Shown here one piece after another: positions 50,801-60,381 of a stretch of 64,000 nt of DNA (position 1 is its first letter; every line of letters starts with the position of its first letter). Where the stretch lies: NCBI GenBank assembly GCA_964626665.1, contig CAZVGK010000003.1, positions 64,001 to 128,000 of the forward strand. Direction: 5' to 3'. Source of the stretch: an uncultured Gemmatimonadota bacterium. GTDB taxonomy: Bacteria > SM23-81 > DAOVCL01. The notes below the pieces were generated by a model that had not been told where the DNA came from, searched no databases, and saw only the letters and a list, made by a program, of their open reading frames with translations. The translations under genes were made by a program, and so were the position numbers.

Positions 50801-51508
50801 GTTCTCAGTGATAATTGGTGACGAATGGTCTTCGCATTCAATACCAGCCCCACCCATTTTGGCGAGATTTCCTTCTATAGTGTTACTGGAGATAATCGGA
50901 GAAGAATACTGATAACAGCGGATACCACCGCCATAAGCGTAAGTGAGGTTCAAATTATTGTGCTGAATGTAATTTCCTATAATAATGGGGGACGAATTGT
51001 GACAGTTAACGGCGGGGCCAGAACTTTCGGTTATACTACTATGGATTATAAGCGGAGAGGTGTAATCGCAATAGACAGCTCCATCGCCGCCGCCATATTC
51101 AATTCTGGAGTATTCAATAATACATCCACTTACATAGTTGCCCAGTGAATCCAAAACGGCATCAACGCTGGTATCAACAAACTTCATACTTCCCCAATCC
51201 CCTGGCGCTGGTGTGGCATTGTTAGAAGTAAACAGAATGCTATCCGTTACTGTCCCCCTGGCTATCAATTCACCGCCAATGTTTAGAGATAGGCTATCGT
51301 TGAATTTCACCGTTACCCCAGGCTCAATGGTTAGGGTTGCTCTTTCAGCCACCTCCACTGTTCCCACCACAATATATGGACTACCAGCCACCGTCCAGAT
51401 TGTATTAGAGTTGATACCACCGCTAACCTCCGTATCGGCAATGGCCAATTGGACTCCAAAGCTGAGCAAAAACACCATTGCCACCAAACTTACTTCAATC
51501 TTTCTCAT
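47849..51508 (-). CDS. Large secreted beta-helix repeat protein with Fn3/Ig-like repeats and CTD
   Basis: Signal peptide, WTVAGSPYIV, GGGIxC/NxIxGN repeats, repeated L(E/D)DNxxYYWKVVA, QNYPNPFNP tail. Start placed after GGAG. Confidence 0.85.
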   Translation of the reverse strand: MRKIEVSLVAMVFLLSFGVQLAIADTEVSGGINSNTIWTVAGSPYIVVGTVEVAERATLTIEPGVTVKFNDSLSLNIGGELIARGTVTDSILFTSNNATPAPGDWGSMKFVDTSVDAVLDSLGNYVSGCIIEYSRIEYGGGDGAVYCDYTSPLIIHSSITESSGPAVNCHNSSPIIIGNYIQHNNLNLTYAYGGGIRCYQYSSPIISSNTIEGNLAKMGGAGIECEDHSSPIITENIIDRNTITETSYHGNGGGISCYFESSPNIVDNTITGNFASSDGKGGGVYCEYSSPSITGNIITGNSAYSGGGVYYYHGASPITGNTISKNRGGGIQCSYAPLAILENIITGNSGVALGCSHSTLSITNNTITANLGVAISCKWCSLTLSNNLIAGNFASPEWGGIYCDQNSDAHINQNNLITNGKYEVKLGYDQDTDIDASNNWWGTTNTDSIDARIWDYYDDITLGKVLYSPILTSPALGEPDSVYSVVLKSDETYTSNLTTNLWIGATMYIQLEGQDSDSICVDQTTVAITSNFTTQYISVALTETDSVSGIFRGTALIDTVSVEGVSIGATVGETITITSDVDSTKFTTVLVGENPHPFISNLDIGGSEDIEHLVSHQPLITWSYSDLQSLPQDGFQVQVGTDDDWSVAEMWDSGEVSSADTFVTYAGDSLIDVETYYLRARVKNTDDLWASWASLSFRMNSLPTIPLGLSPKEGEVISDSIVTLIISNCTDAEGDSLIYGFEVYSDSLLSNLVTSATGVEEGIDSTIWLIDVPLEDNHQYWWRASAYDGFENGEWMASSSFIINSENNPPGSFHLLTPADGGEVTTLKPILDWETSIDPDPGDVVTYTLFYGKDVPSQVQVEVGGESVYQIKTPLEDNQLYYWKVVAQDLAGATVEDEEGYQAFITNTANEDPNSFNLVTPTQNSVEVDLTPIFYWENATDNDIADSIHYLLWVGQDSNFSGATPTVVNSNCYIPTEELSDNSQYFWKVVAVDKESLTTSTDTWKFFTNVALEPPNPFSLIEPELGIDSVSTTPTFLWHKATDNDLWDYVTYTIYLSPDSTFSQGVRVISPADTHFTIPPGIPLDDNTRYYWKVVAMDTDSLTTWGSNSDVSPWWFVVGKEGVRERGVFGIPQAFALSQNYPNPFNPTTEIKYALPRDAQVRLEIYNLLGQKVATLVDEYQGVGYRSVRWDARGLASGVYLYRLEAGNFTAVKKLVVIK

Positions 51509-51608
51509 CTTACTCCTCTCCTTTCTTGGTTTTTCAGGGATTCTGCATTTTATTTGTCTTCTACTTGCTCCTATATTTCTAACTTTTAACAGCAAGCCGA
51601 TGTGGTTT

Positions 51609-52433
51609 TCATATAACGAAAAAACTCGCCTGTGTTGCGATATCTTTGATTAATGTCTTGGCTTTCACTCTACGATGGGTAACAATAAATTCAAACATTT
51701 CAAAAAGGTCCTCTGTTATCTGTATAAGTCTTTCATTCGATGCGTAATTATGAGGTTGTCCATGTTTAAAAAGGTATGTTCGCCCTCGGCAGGTCACTTT
51801 AAGATCCGATTCGTCTCTGGCAAAGTATACTCCATTATTATGTATGCAATTTCTAATAGCTGATAACATTTTAAGAGCTTCCCGAAAAATATGAGGATCA
51901 GGTAAGCTTAAATGCTGAAAAAGACTTAGCCAGACTCTGCTGAACTCCTTATTCGCTTTATTACCAGGATCAATTGCTCTTAATATCGAACGCATTGCAG
52001 ACTCTACTACGCTGGAAAGCGAGAAGATAAATCCGCTCCGTATATACACTTCGAATTGTTTCCCTACTATACAAGCGTCTGATTTAGAAGCGGGAGACAT
52101 AATTTTTTGTACCCAATTTATGTCTAATGCATAATGAGCAGCATAATACAGTGCAAGATCACACGATCTTATGAGATTACAGAGCGCCCAAAATAAACGA
52201 ATCCGGATATCCTGATTAGCATCCCAGGAATAGTTTTGTAGAAGTCTCTTGCTTTGATTTTCGATGGTGACCCGTAAAGCCTCAAAATCTTTCATGCATT
52301 TAAGAAGGTTTGTCGGCGTTGGCATGATCACAACGGTATTTCGGCTCCCTAATCCAGATATTGACGGGAAATTTGAGGAGGAACTTCTATTTTCATCTCC
52401 CTCTGTACCGGTTTTGAAATTGTCATTTCTCAT
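51609..52433 (-). CDS. Hypothetical protein with HEPN-like motif
   Basis: AT-rich, helical; SVVE...IRNCIHNNG. Confidence 0.55.
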   Translation of the reverse strand: MRNDNFKTGTEGDENRSSSSNFPSISGLGSRNTVVIMPTPTNLLKCMKDFEALRVTIENQSKRLLQNYSWDANQDIRIRLFWALCNLIRSCDLALYYAAHYALDINWVQKIMSPASKSDACIVGKQFEVYIRSGFIFSLSSVVESAMRSILRAIDPGNKANKEFSRVWLSLFQHLSLPDPHIFREALKMLSAIRNCIHNNGVYFARDESDLKVTCRGRTYLFKHGQPHNYASNERLIQITEDLFEMFEFIVTHRRVKAKTLIKDIATQASFFVI

Positions 52434-52434
52434 T

Positions 52435-53256
52435 TTACTTTTCCACTCCCAAAATTATTGGGTTAGAATAGTCTATTTCAATAGCTAAGCTTCGTAAGTA
52501 TTCAATTAGCATACCTCGCTTACCTTCAGATCTTAGCCTGTCTTTAAAACTTTGATCGCTATGTCCTAAGATGATTTCTAAATAATCAATTAGAGTGGCA
52601 TAGAAAACCAAAAAAGCAATATCATATTGTGATCTGTCCGCTTTCTTGAGAGAATAATATATATGCTCTGGAGACTTTCGTAGTAGTCTACTGCTTGAAC
52701 CACTTTCAATTCCGAAGATAATGCTAAATTGCTTATTTCCGATACAATGGATGCCATCTAAGGCATATCCATTCTTTTCTGGTGGACATTGACGGATATA
52801 CTTTTGCACAGTTTTTTCCAAAACTGAGCCGAAACAAAATAAATCACATTTACAAAGATTAGCTGGAGGAGAACTCGATGTATTGCCCACCATTTCTTTT
52901 ATAGTTTTCATGCTATCGAGTGTCGAAAAAAATTCCTTTTTATTGAGCTTAGTTTTGACTTCAATTGCATATATTGCTGATTCTGGCCTAACAACAACAA
53001 TGTCACCAAATTGAAACAGAGGAGCATAGCGAGATGCCTCATGAATGAGAATATCTATTTGAGGACTGACTGTATTTTTGTCAACATAAACAAACCCAGA
53101 CGATACTGCGAAATGAGTAGGAACATAGTCTCTTAGAAAGTTACTAAGAAGCCTTTCTGCCCAAAGTCCTTTCGTGCCAGGATGTGTGATGAAGCTTTTA
53201 ATCTGGTTTAACTGACTATTGAAGCTTTTGTCTACTTCTGCAAAATAGTCTTTCAT
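52435..53256 (-). CDS. DUF6602-like PD-(D/E)XK nuclease-fold protein
   Basis: HPGTKGLWAE..L..FL..YVP, SSGFV, SPQIDILI, PES..AIEVKTKL. Confidence 0.65.
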   Translation of the reverse strand: MKDYFAEVDKSFNSQLNQIKSFITHPGTKGLWAERLLSNFLRDYVPTHFAVSSGFVYVDKNTVSPQIDILIHEASRYAPLFQFGDIVVVRPESAIYAIEVKTKLNKKEFFSTLDSMKTIKEMVGNTSSSPPANLCKCDLFCFGSVLEKTVQKYIRQCPPEKNGYALDGIHCIGNKQFSIIFGIESGSSSRLLRKSPEHIYYSLKKADRSQYDIAFLVFYATLIDYLEIILGHSDQSFKDRLRSEGKRGMLIEYLRSLAIEIDYSNPIILGVEK

Positions 53257-53583
53257 CTCTTACTTGTGTTAATGTTTGATGCCATAGCGCTGGTAGACAG
53301 ATAGTGCTATTGCTTGAGAACTTACCAGATAACAAAATATACTGTAAGACCCGCTCCAATTACACACTACTTCTCTTCTCGGTATGGCTTTTGAGCGGGC
53401 GATATGGGGTCATATCTTTATTCTTGACTTTCCAAATTCTAATTACCAACTTAATTCCCTTTGTCAGTTGCCGGGTAATGCCTTTTAAACAGGGCTTTAG
53501 CCCTGTCCCTGCAATTCATTGACTATGTGAAGAGATCTCCTGACCTCGACTTCCATCGGCATCGGAAGATGCCTCCTACACTC

Positions 53584-53724
53584 TTCTACCCGGCTTTAGC
53601 CGGGGTTGAGAGGGCTTTAGCCCGTTTGGAGTGCTGTGATTCCTGTCACAGCTTCCGTCAGCAGGAGTTGACGCACTCCATAGAGGGCCTAAAGACCCTT
53701 AACCCGCACTGAAGTGCGGTAGAA
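53584..53724. repeat. Multi-hairpin REP-like element (second copy 56137-56229)
   Basis: TTCTACCCGGCTTTAGCCGGGG ... GCACTGAAGTGCGGTAGAA. Confidence 0.65.
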
Positions 53725-53784
53725 GTCTTCTACTCAAGGAAACCTGAAAAGGTTTGAAAAAAAAGACCTTGCAAAATTGTAGGC

Positions 53785-54575
53785 CAGAGATCAGTTTACA
53801 GGGATCGAAGGTCAGGAGAAATCCGTTACACCTATCAACCGACACCTGACGAATGACTGACTACTGATCCCTGACCCCTGTGAACCGTTAGCTTAATTCA
53901 AAAATACCATGAAAAAAGGCCCTGTCAAGGGGAAACTTCCCCCCTGCTACAGGGTCTTTCTGTGTTGTCAGGGCTTTGCCCTGACAGAGGAAGTCTTCTC
54001 GTGGATGATAACATCCACAAAGAGCACTGGGGTTGTTTTTCGACAGGATAACAGGATTTACAGGATTTTAGTTTTATCCCGATCATTCTGTCAATCCCGT
54101 CTAATAAAAGGGAATTCTCCCTGCTTCTCAGTGCCGTCATGGCAGGACTCCTGAGGGATGGAAAATAGAAATTCCTGAGCCGTCAGATGCCCTCATCTGA
54201 CGGGGTTTTAGTAGCAGGAGAGGGATTTTGCCACCCCATGTTAGCGGCACATTTGAATTGGGGGACCTGTCTGCGTGCCTGCCTGAGCGAGAACGCTCGC
54301 AGTCAGGCCTGCCTGTACCAGTCTGCCTGTGCGTCGCACGCAGACAGGCACGGCAGACAGACACCGCACAAGCAGGGAGGTCTCCAGACCTTTCAAGAGC
54401 TGTCAGGAGGTAACTCCTGACAGCACGCTTTTAGTGCCCTTCCCTGACGGCGAGAGGGGAGGGTGGCAGAATCGGGGTTCTGCCACATCGGGCTTAATTT
54501 ATCCTGTCAATCCAGTAAATCCTGTCCGAAAAGCAGTTGTCAGTAGTCAGTTATCGGGAACGACTCCCGACCCCT
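53785..54575. repeat. Cluster of miniature repeats downstream of preT
   Basis: 7-mer arrays, third copy of the TGTCAGGGC/GTGGATGATAACATCCAC double hairpin, nested CCTG(C/T)CTG...CAGACAGG units, TGTCAGGAGGTAACTCCTGACA. Confidence 0.7.
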
Positions 54576-55860
54576 GCAAATAGGTAGCTATTGCCTGGGC
54601 GGCCTTTTTGCCTTCGGCCACCGATTGGACAACGGTTCTCCCCTTTTTTGACACGATTATATCCCCCCCAGCAAAGACTCCTTCCCTTGAGGTCATCATA
54701 TCCTCATTTACCACCAAGTATCCTTTAGCTGTCTTTAATCCCTTAAACAGCGGACTCTCCTCCGGTGCCTGACCCACTGCTTCAATTATTGTATCTCCGA
54801 TTAAAGTTAAACTGCTCCCCTTGATTTTAACTGCATTCTCCGGAACAAACCTTCCCGGAATTCTCCAATCGATTTTAATTGCCTCCAGCCCTTTAACCCT
54901 TCCATTATTGCCCATAATTCTTAAGGGCATAAACCTGGGATGGATATTTACTCCCTCATTCTCCGCCTGGCTTATCTCCTCCCTGAAGGCCGGCAGTTCA
55001 TCTGGCCCTTCCAGACAGACCAGGTCCACATGTTTGACCCCTACCCTTAATGCGGAGCAGGCACAATCAATTGCCACACTCCCGCCACCGATCACAATTG
55101 CCCTTTCACCCACCCTTACCCTCTGAGGATCCTCATTGACCTCTCTCAGGAATTCTATTGCAGACAGAACCCACTTTAGCTCCTCACCTGGAATCCGACA
55201 GAACAACGGTTTCCCCAATCCCACGCCAATAAATATGGCCTTAAACCCCGAACTGAATAGATTATCCAGGCTACCAATCGCTCTATTTCCTTTAACTTTC
55301 AGTCCCAATTTTTTGACATAGTCGATTTCTTGCTTGACCATCCTCTTAGAGAGTCGATAGGAGGGGATTCCATAGGTGAGAACTCCACCTAACTTGTCCC
55401 TTTTCTCAAAGATCGTCACCTCAAATCCTTGAACTGCCAGTTCGGCGGCACAGGAGAGACCGGCCGGTCCCGCACCGATTACGGCCACGTTCACCCTGTT
55501 TTTCTTGATCTGAGGAAACGATTTAAACTTCGCTGTATATTCCCTCTCTGCCGCGAATCTTTGCAAGTCCCCAATCCTAATTGGGGTAGAAAGCTTCGTG
55601 GATGAGCATTCCTTCTCGCACAAAGCCTCTACAGGGCAGACAGTTCCGCAGACCCCGGCCAAGATGTTCTTCTCCTTGATCAGGTTTATGGCTCGCCGGT
55701 AATTTTCAAATCTGATTGCCCTGATGAACTTCTTTACATCAATACCTGCTGGACAACCTCGGTTACAAGGGGCATCCTCGCATAGTAAACACCGAGATGC
55801 CTCCAGCACGGCCTGAGCCTCGGTCATCGGCTCTTTCGTTTCCTTAAAGCTTAACTTCAT
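54547..55860 (-). CDS. preT: Dihydropyrimidine dehydrogenase subunit PreT (GltD-like FAD/Fe-S oxidoreductase)
   Basis: EASRCLLCEDAPC..GCP, VCP...CE..C, IGAGPAGL, YGIPSYRL, IGGGSVAIDCA, FAGGD. Confidence 0.8.
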   Translation of the reverse strand: MKLSFKETKEPMTEAQAVLEASRCLLCEDAPCNRGCPAGIDVKKFIRAIRFENYRRAINLIKEKNILAGVCGTVCPVEALCEKECSSTKLSTPIRIGDLQRFAAEREYTAKFKSFPQIKKNRVNVAVIGAGPAGLSCAAELAVQGFEVTIFEKRDKLGGVLTYGIPSYRLSKRMVKQEIDYVKKLGLKVKGNRAIGSLDNLFSSGFKAIFIGVGLGKPLFCRIPGEELKWVLSAIEFLREVNEDPQRVRVGERAIVIGGGSVAIDCACSALRVGVKHVDLVCLEGPDELPAFREEISQAENEGVNIHPRFMPLRIMGNNGRVKGLEAIKIDWRIPGRFVPENAVKIKGSSLTLIGDTIIEAVGQAPEESPLFKGLKTAKGYLVVNEDMMTSREGVFAGGDIIVSKKGRTVVQSVAEGKKAAQAIATYLQGSGVVPDN

Positions 55861-55872
55861 AATTATCTCAAA

Positions 55873-56350
55873 TTACCACGGAATTTCACGGAGAAAAGCA
55901 ATTATGAATTGAGAATGAAGAATGAAGAATGAAGCTTATGCTGTTATTCCTGATCCCCGTAGTTTGATCCCTAACCTCTGTTTTTTCGTGGTAATCCGTG
56001 GTGATCAGTGGTAAAATATCAGCTACAGATTACACGGAAAAATGCAATTAAGAATTGAGAATTAAGAATGAGGCTTATGCTGATCAGCGAGGTGGCAGAA
56101 TCCCGATTCTGCCACCCTCCCATTGTTTTCTGATTTTCTACCCGGTTTTAGCCGGGGGTTCTTAGGGCTTAAGCCCTTTCAACGCACTTGGATAGAAAGG
56201 CCCCAACCCTGCACTAAAGTGCGGTAGAAACCTTCCACCCAGCTTTAGCTGAGCTATCAAATCCTCGATCTGACAGCAGATATCCTGATCCCTGTAAACT
56301 GTTACCTCTATTTTGACATTCATCCTGTCAATCCAGTTAATCCTGTCTAA
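55873..56350. repeat. Repeat cluster between ade and preT
   Basis: CCACGGAATTTCACGG...AATGAAG x3...TCCGTGGTG; GTGGCAGAATCCCGATTCTGCCAC; TTTA-loop hairpins. Confidence 0.7.
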
Positions 56351-56353
56351 TAA

Positions 56354-58081
56354 TTATTCTTTCTCAAAAAGTGGGACGAGCTGGAACTTTACCACATCTA
56401 TTATCCCCTTGTCGCTTACTCTAATCTCCGGAATTACGGGCAAAGCAAGGAAGGAGAGGACCATAAATGGCTCCTTTACCGTAGCACCCAATCCCTGGCA
56501 GGCCAAATTCAAGGCCTGTATTTTGGCTTCAACTTCCTCCAGTTTCTTCCCCGTCATCAAACCGGCAATGGGAAGGGGCAATTCTTCAATGACCTGGCCA
56601 CCTTCCACCACAACCAATCCACCCTGTAGTTTTACGATCTTTACCGCCGCGGTATACATATCATCATCATTGGTCCCCACAACAACTATATTGTGTGAGT
56701 CATGAGCGATTGATGAGGCAATGGCCCCCCTCTTTAATCCTATCCCCTGGACAAACCCCAAACCAGTGTGGCCAGAGGCCAAATGCCTCTCAATGACAGC
56801 CACTTTCAAGATGTCCCTCCCTGGATCAGAAAGGGCCTCTCCACCCTCTATTTTCACCTCCTCTATGCGTTTTCTCGTAATTAGCTGATCAGGGACGATT
56901 TGAATCACCTTAGCGCGTTGTCCCTTGGCCACAACCTTGAAATGTTCCTTCTCTATCCAGGCCGTATTCACCGTGCTCCTCAAGGGGACAAAGACCGGCT
57001 TGATCATTCCGGGCAACATTTGGCCATCAGAGGCCACAAGTTGACCATCTTTGTAAACGGAGATTATATTGAAATCCCGAAAGTTGTCAAAGACAACCAG
57101 ATCTGCCTTATATCCAGGGGCAATAGCACCTAAGTCTTTGAGTTTAAAGTATTCTGCACCATTTAGGGTGGCCATCTGGATGGCGGTTAGCGGATCTGTC
57201 CCCGATTCGATGGCTGTTTTGACCATATAATTGATGTGCCCCTCTCGAAGGAGATCATAGGGATGCCGATCATCGGTGACAAAGAAACACTTACGCGATG
57301 TATTCCTTCCTTTGGACTTCACCAAAGGGAGAAGGGTCTTTAGGTTCTTGGCCGTGGTTCCTTCCCTAATCATCACATACATCCCATCCCTCAGCTTTTC
57401 CCTGGCCTCCTCTAAGGTAGTTGACTCATGGTCGGATTTAATCCCGGCGGCGATGTAGGCATTTAGCTCCTTACCCGTCAACCGGGGGGCATGACCGTCG
57501 ATAAGCTTATCCCCGGCAGCCTTAATCTTCTCCAAAACCTCCGCTGTTCTATGGATAACCCCAGGGTAATTCATCATCTCGCCCAGCCCCAGGATCCGCT
57601 TATTGTCGAGAAGAAGCTTAAGGTCAAAGGCAGAGAGCCTGGCCCCAGAGGTTTCCATCTCGGTAGCAGGCACACAGGAGGAGAGCATAAGGAAGACATT
57701 AAGGGGAAGGTTGCTGCTTGTCTCCAGCATATACTTTATCCCTTCCAAACCAAGGACATTGGCAATCTCATGGGGATCAATGATTACGGTAGTTGTACCC
57801 AAAGGGACAACAGCCCGGGCATACTCCGGGGGGGGGACCATCGCGCTTTCTATATGCACATGGCCATCGAGCAGGCCGGGGGCAAGGTATTTCCCTCGCA
57901 GATCGACCACCCTTTTTGCCTTGTAGTTGCCAATTCCAGCAATCCTCCCTTTGTAGAGGGCTACATTACCCTCATAGATCTCCTCGGCAAATACATTGAC
58001 AACCTTCGCATTTTTTAACAAGAGGTCACAGGGCCTCTCCCCCCCTGCAGCCTCGATCATCTCCTCAAGCTTAGGATTCAT
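56354..58081 (-). CDS. ade: Adenine deaminase
   Basis: DGHVHIES, DPHEIANV, LGEMMNYPG, DGHAP, SDHE, AHDSHN. ATG overlaps the upstream TGA. Confidence 0.93.
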   Translation of the reverse strand: MNPKLEEMIEAAGGERPCDLLLKNAKVVNVFAEEIYEGNVALYKGRIAGIGNYKAKRVVDLRGKYLAPGLLDGHVHIESAMVPPPEYARAVVPLGTTTVIIDPHEIANVLGLEGIKYMLETSSNLPLNVFLMLSSCVPATEMETSGARLSAFDLKLLLDNKRILGLGEMMNYPGVIHRTAEVLEKIKAAGDKLIDGHAPRLTGKELNAYIAAGIKSDHESTTLEEAREKLRDGMYVMIREGTTAKNLKTLLPLVKSKGRNTSRKCFFVTDDRHPYDLLREGHINYMVKTAIESGTDPLTAIQMATLNGAEYFKLKDLGAIAPGYKADLVVFDNFRDFNIISVYKDGQLVASDGQMLPGMIKPVFVPLRSTVNTAWIEKEHFKVVAKGQRAKVIQIVPDQLITRKRIEEVKIEGGEALSDPGRDILKVAVIERHLASGHTGLGFVQGIGLKRGAIASSIAHDSHNIVVVGTNDDDMYTAAVKIVKLQGGLVVVEGGQVIEELPLPIAGLMTGKKLEEVEAKIQALNLACQGLGATVKEPFMVLSFLALPVIPEIRVSDKGIIDVVKFQLVPLFEKE

Positions 58082-60381
58082 AGTCTCCTTTTCTCCCTTC
58101 TCTGGTTTATTGCCTGGAGAACCTTTGCTGGGGTAAAAGGTGTCTTCCGCATCCTCACCCCGATAGCATCCCAAATAGCATTAGCTATTGCCGGACAGGG
58201 GCCATTTATGTTTACCTCCCCCACGCTCTTTGCGCCAAAAGGCCCTGACGGTTCATAGGAGGGGATCAAGTTAACCTTTATCTCCGGGATATCCATCGCC
58301 GAAAAAATCTTATAATCCCGAAAGGACCCGTTCATCATCTTGCCATTTTTATCAAAGATAAACTCCTCGGTAAGGGCATAGCTAATACCGTTTATAATCG
58401 ACCCCTCCACCTGTCCCTCGGCAAGTTTGGGGTTAATTACGGTGCCACAATCGACGCCGGCCACATATCTCTCCACCTTTATCTTCCCGGTCCCTTTATC
58501 TATGAGGATCTCCACAAAATGGGCAGCAAATGGAGGTGGTGACTGAGGAGAGATGTGAGACATAGAACCAATTATCTGGTGTTGCTCCCTCTCATAGAGG
58601 GAATGGTAAGCTATCTCCTGATAGGAGACCGATCTCCCCGTTCTCTTGCTCATCACCTGGGCAACTTGGACAATGAGGTTTTCCTTTACCTCATTTAACA
58701 TTTCTCCTCCGATGCGCATGATCTCTTTGAGAACCTTTTGGGCTGTTTTGAGAACTGCCCCCCCGGAAATGTAGGTTGTGGAGGAGGCATAGGCCCCCAC
58801 ATCAAAGGGGGTGAAATCCGTATCCGATGAATAAACGATAATCTTCCCGGTGGGCACCTTCAGGGCTTCCGCGGCGATCTGGGCAAGGATGGTATCCGAC
58901 CCTGTTCCCAAATCGGTTGCCCCCACAAGGAGGTTGAAGGAACCATCCTCGTTTAACTTGATCAACGCTGCCCCCATATCCACATTGGGGATTCCGGAAC
59001 CCTGCATCATAATGGCCGAGCCATATCCCCTTTTTAGCTTTCCCTCTTCCTTTGGCTTTTTCCTCCATTCAATGAGCTTAAAACCCTCCTCTATACATTG
59101 GGGAAGTTTGCAAGAGCCAATTACCTGTGAAACCCCCTTCTTCCCTTCACCTAAAACCTCAAATAGCGGCGATGTCTCCCCCTCCTTTATGTGGACCTTT
59201 TTCCTCAACTCTACTGGTTCCATCCCTATCTTTTCCGCTAGTTCGTCGAGCATAGACTCGGTGGCAAAGTAACCCTGGGTGGCCCCATATCCCCGATAGG
59301 CACCGGCAACTGGCAGGTTGGTATAGACCACCTTCCCTTGAAACCGCACATTAGGGCAACGATAGAGGGGCAAAACCTTGCTTCCCGTGTTATACATCAC
59401 GGTAGTGGCGTGCGAGCCATAGGCCCCGGTGTTGGAGAGAATGCGCATATCCAATGCGGTGAGGGTCCCATCCCTCTTCACCCCAGCTTTAAGCAAGGTG
59501 ATGATGGGATGCCTCGTCCTGGAGATAAACTCCTCCTCCCTGCTCAGTTCGATTTTGGCCGGTCTACCTGTCTGTAAGGTAACCCAACCAGCCACATAGT
59601 CGAGGTAAACCTCCTGCTTGGTGCCGAAGCCTCCCCCTATTCTGGGCTTGATTACCCTTATTTTCTGAATGGGAATTCCCAAGACATTTGCGCATATCCT
59701 CCTGGTATGGAAGGGAACTTGGGTGGAGGATCTAATCACCAACCGCCCATTCTCGTCCAGCCAGGTGATGACGATATGTGGTTCAATTGGGGTATGTTGG
59801 GCATAATGAACCTCATATCTATTTTCAAGGACAGCATCTGCCTCCTGAAAACCCTTATTTAGGTCTCCGACCTCTACCTCCACCTCTCCGACAAGGTTGC
59901 GTTGCGGATCGAGGATACCCTGAGAATCCTCCTCGTCGTGAATGACCGGCGCCCCCTCCCTTAATGCCTCCTCGGGGTTGAACACAGGGGGGAGGGGATC
60001 GTATTCCACCCTAATTTTCCCGATGGCCTCAGAGGCCGTCTCCGGGGAGTCGGCAGCCACGCAGGCCACCCTATCACCCACAAACCTTACTTTTCTGTCA
60101 AACATTACGCTATCATAAGGTGAGGGCTCAGGATACCCCTGTCCCGCAGTGGTATGGGGAACCCGAGGGACATTTTTATAGGAGAGAATAAGGGCAACCC
60201 CAGCCATCTTCTCTGCCTCTCTGGTATCAATACCCTTGATTATGGCGTGAGGATGAGGGCTCCTCAGAAATTTGATAAAGAGCATACCCTTAAGGTCTAT
60301 ATCATCGGCAAATACCGGATTGCCCTTAACTAAGGCATATCCGTCGACCCGGTGGACATTTTTACCCACTTCCTTAAACAT
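58078..60381 (-). CDS. Xanthine dehydrogenase family molybdopterin-binding subunit
   Basis: RSPHPHA, STQVP, IGGGFG, AYRGYG, DLGTG, ASSTT, GQVEG, GPFGAKSVGE. Confidence 0.93.
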   Translation of the reverse strand: MFKEVGKNVHRVDGYALVKGNPVFADDIDLKGMLFIKFLRSPHPHAIIKGIDTREAEKMAGVALILSYKNVPRVPHTTAGQGYPEPSPYDSVMFDRKVRFVGDRVACVAADSPETASEAIGKIRVEYDPLPPVFNPEEALREGAPVIHDEEDSQGILDPQRNLVGEVEVEVGDLNKGFQEADAVLENRYEVHYAQHTPIEPHIVITWLDENGRLVIRSSTQVPFHTRRICANVLGIPIQKIRVIKPRIGGGFGTKQEVYLDYVAGWVTLQTGRPAKIELSREEEFISRTRHPIITLLKAGVKRDGTLTALDMRILSNTGAYGSHATTVMYNTGSKVLPLYRCPNVRFQGKVVYTNLPVAGAYRGYGATQGYFATESMLDELAEKIGMEPVELRKKVHIKEGETSPLFEVLGEGKKGVSQVIGSCKLPQCIEEGFKLIEWRKKPKEEGKLKRGYGSAIMMQGSGIPNVDMGAALIKLNEDGSFNLLVGATDLGTGSDTILAQIAAEALKVPTGKIIVYSSDTDFTPFDVGAYASSTTYISGGAVLKTAQKVLKEIMRIGGEMLNEVKENLIVQVAQVMSKRTGRSVSYQEIAYHSLYEREQHQIIGSMSHISPQSPPPFAAHFVEILIDKGTGKIKVERYVAGVDCGTVINPKLAEGQVEGSIINGISYALTEEFIFDKNGKMMNGSFRDYKIFSAMDIPEIKVNLIPSYEPSGPFGAKSVGEVNINGPCPAIANAIWDAIGVRMRKTPFTPAKVLQAINQRREKRRL

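Noticed and set aside
53304-54583. Short ORFs in the repeat clusters (including 47665-47847)
   Set aside because: They are translations of palindromic repeats, with no coding signature.
57828-57836. G9 tract in ade as a phase-variation switch
   Set aside because: Encodes VPPP in frame with normal motif spacing; no evidence of slippage.
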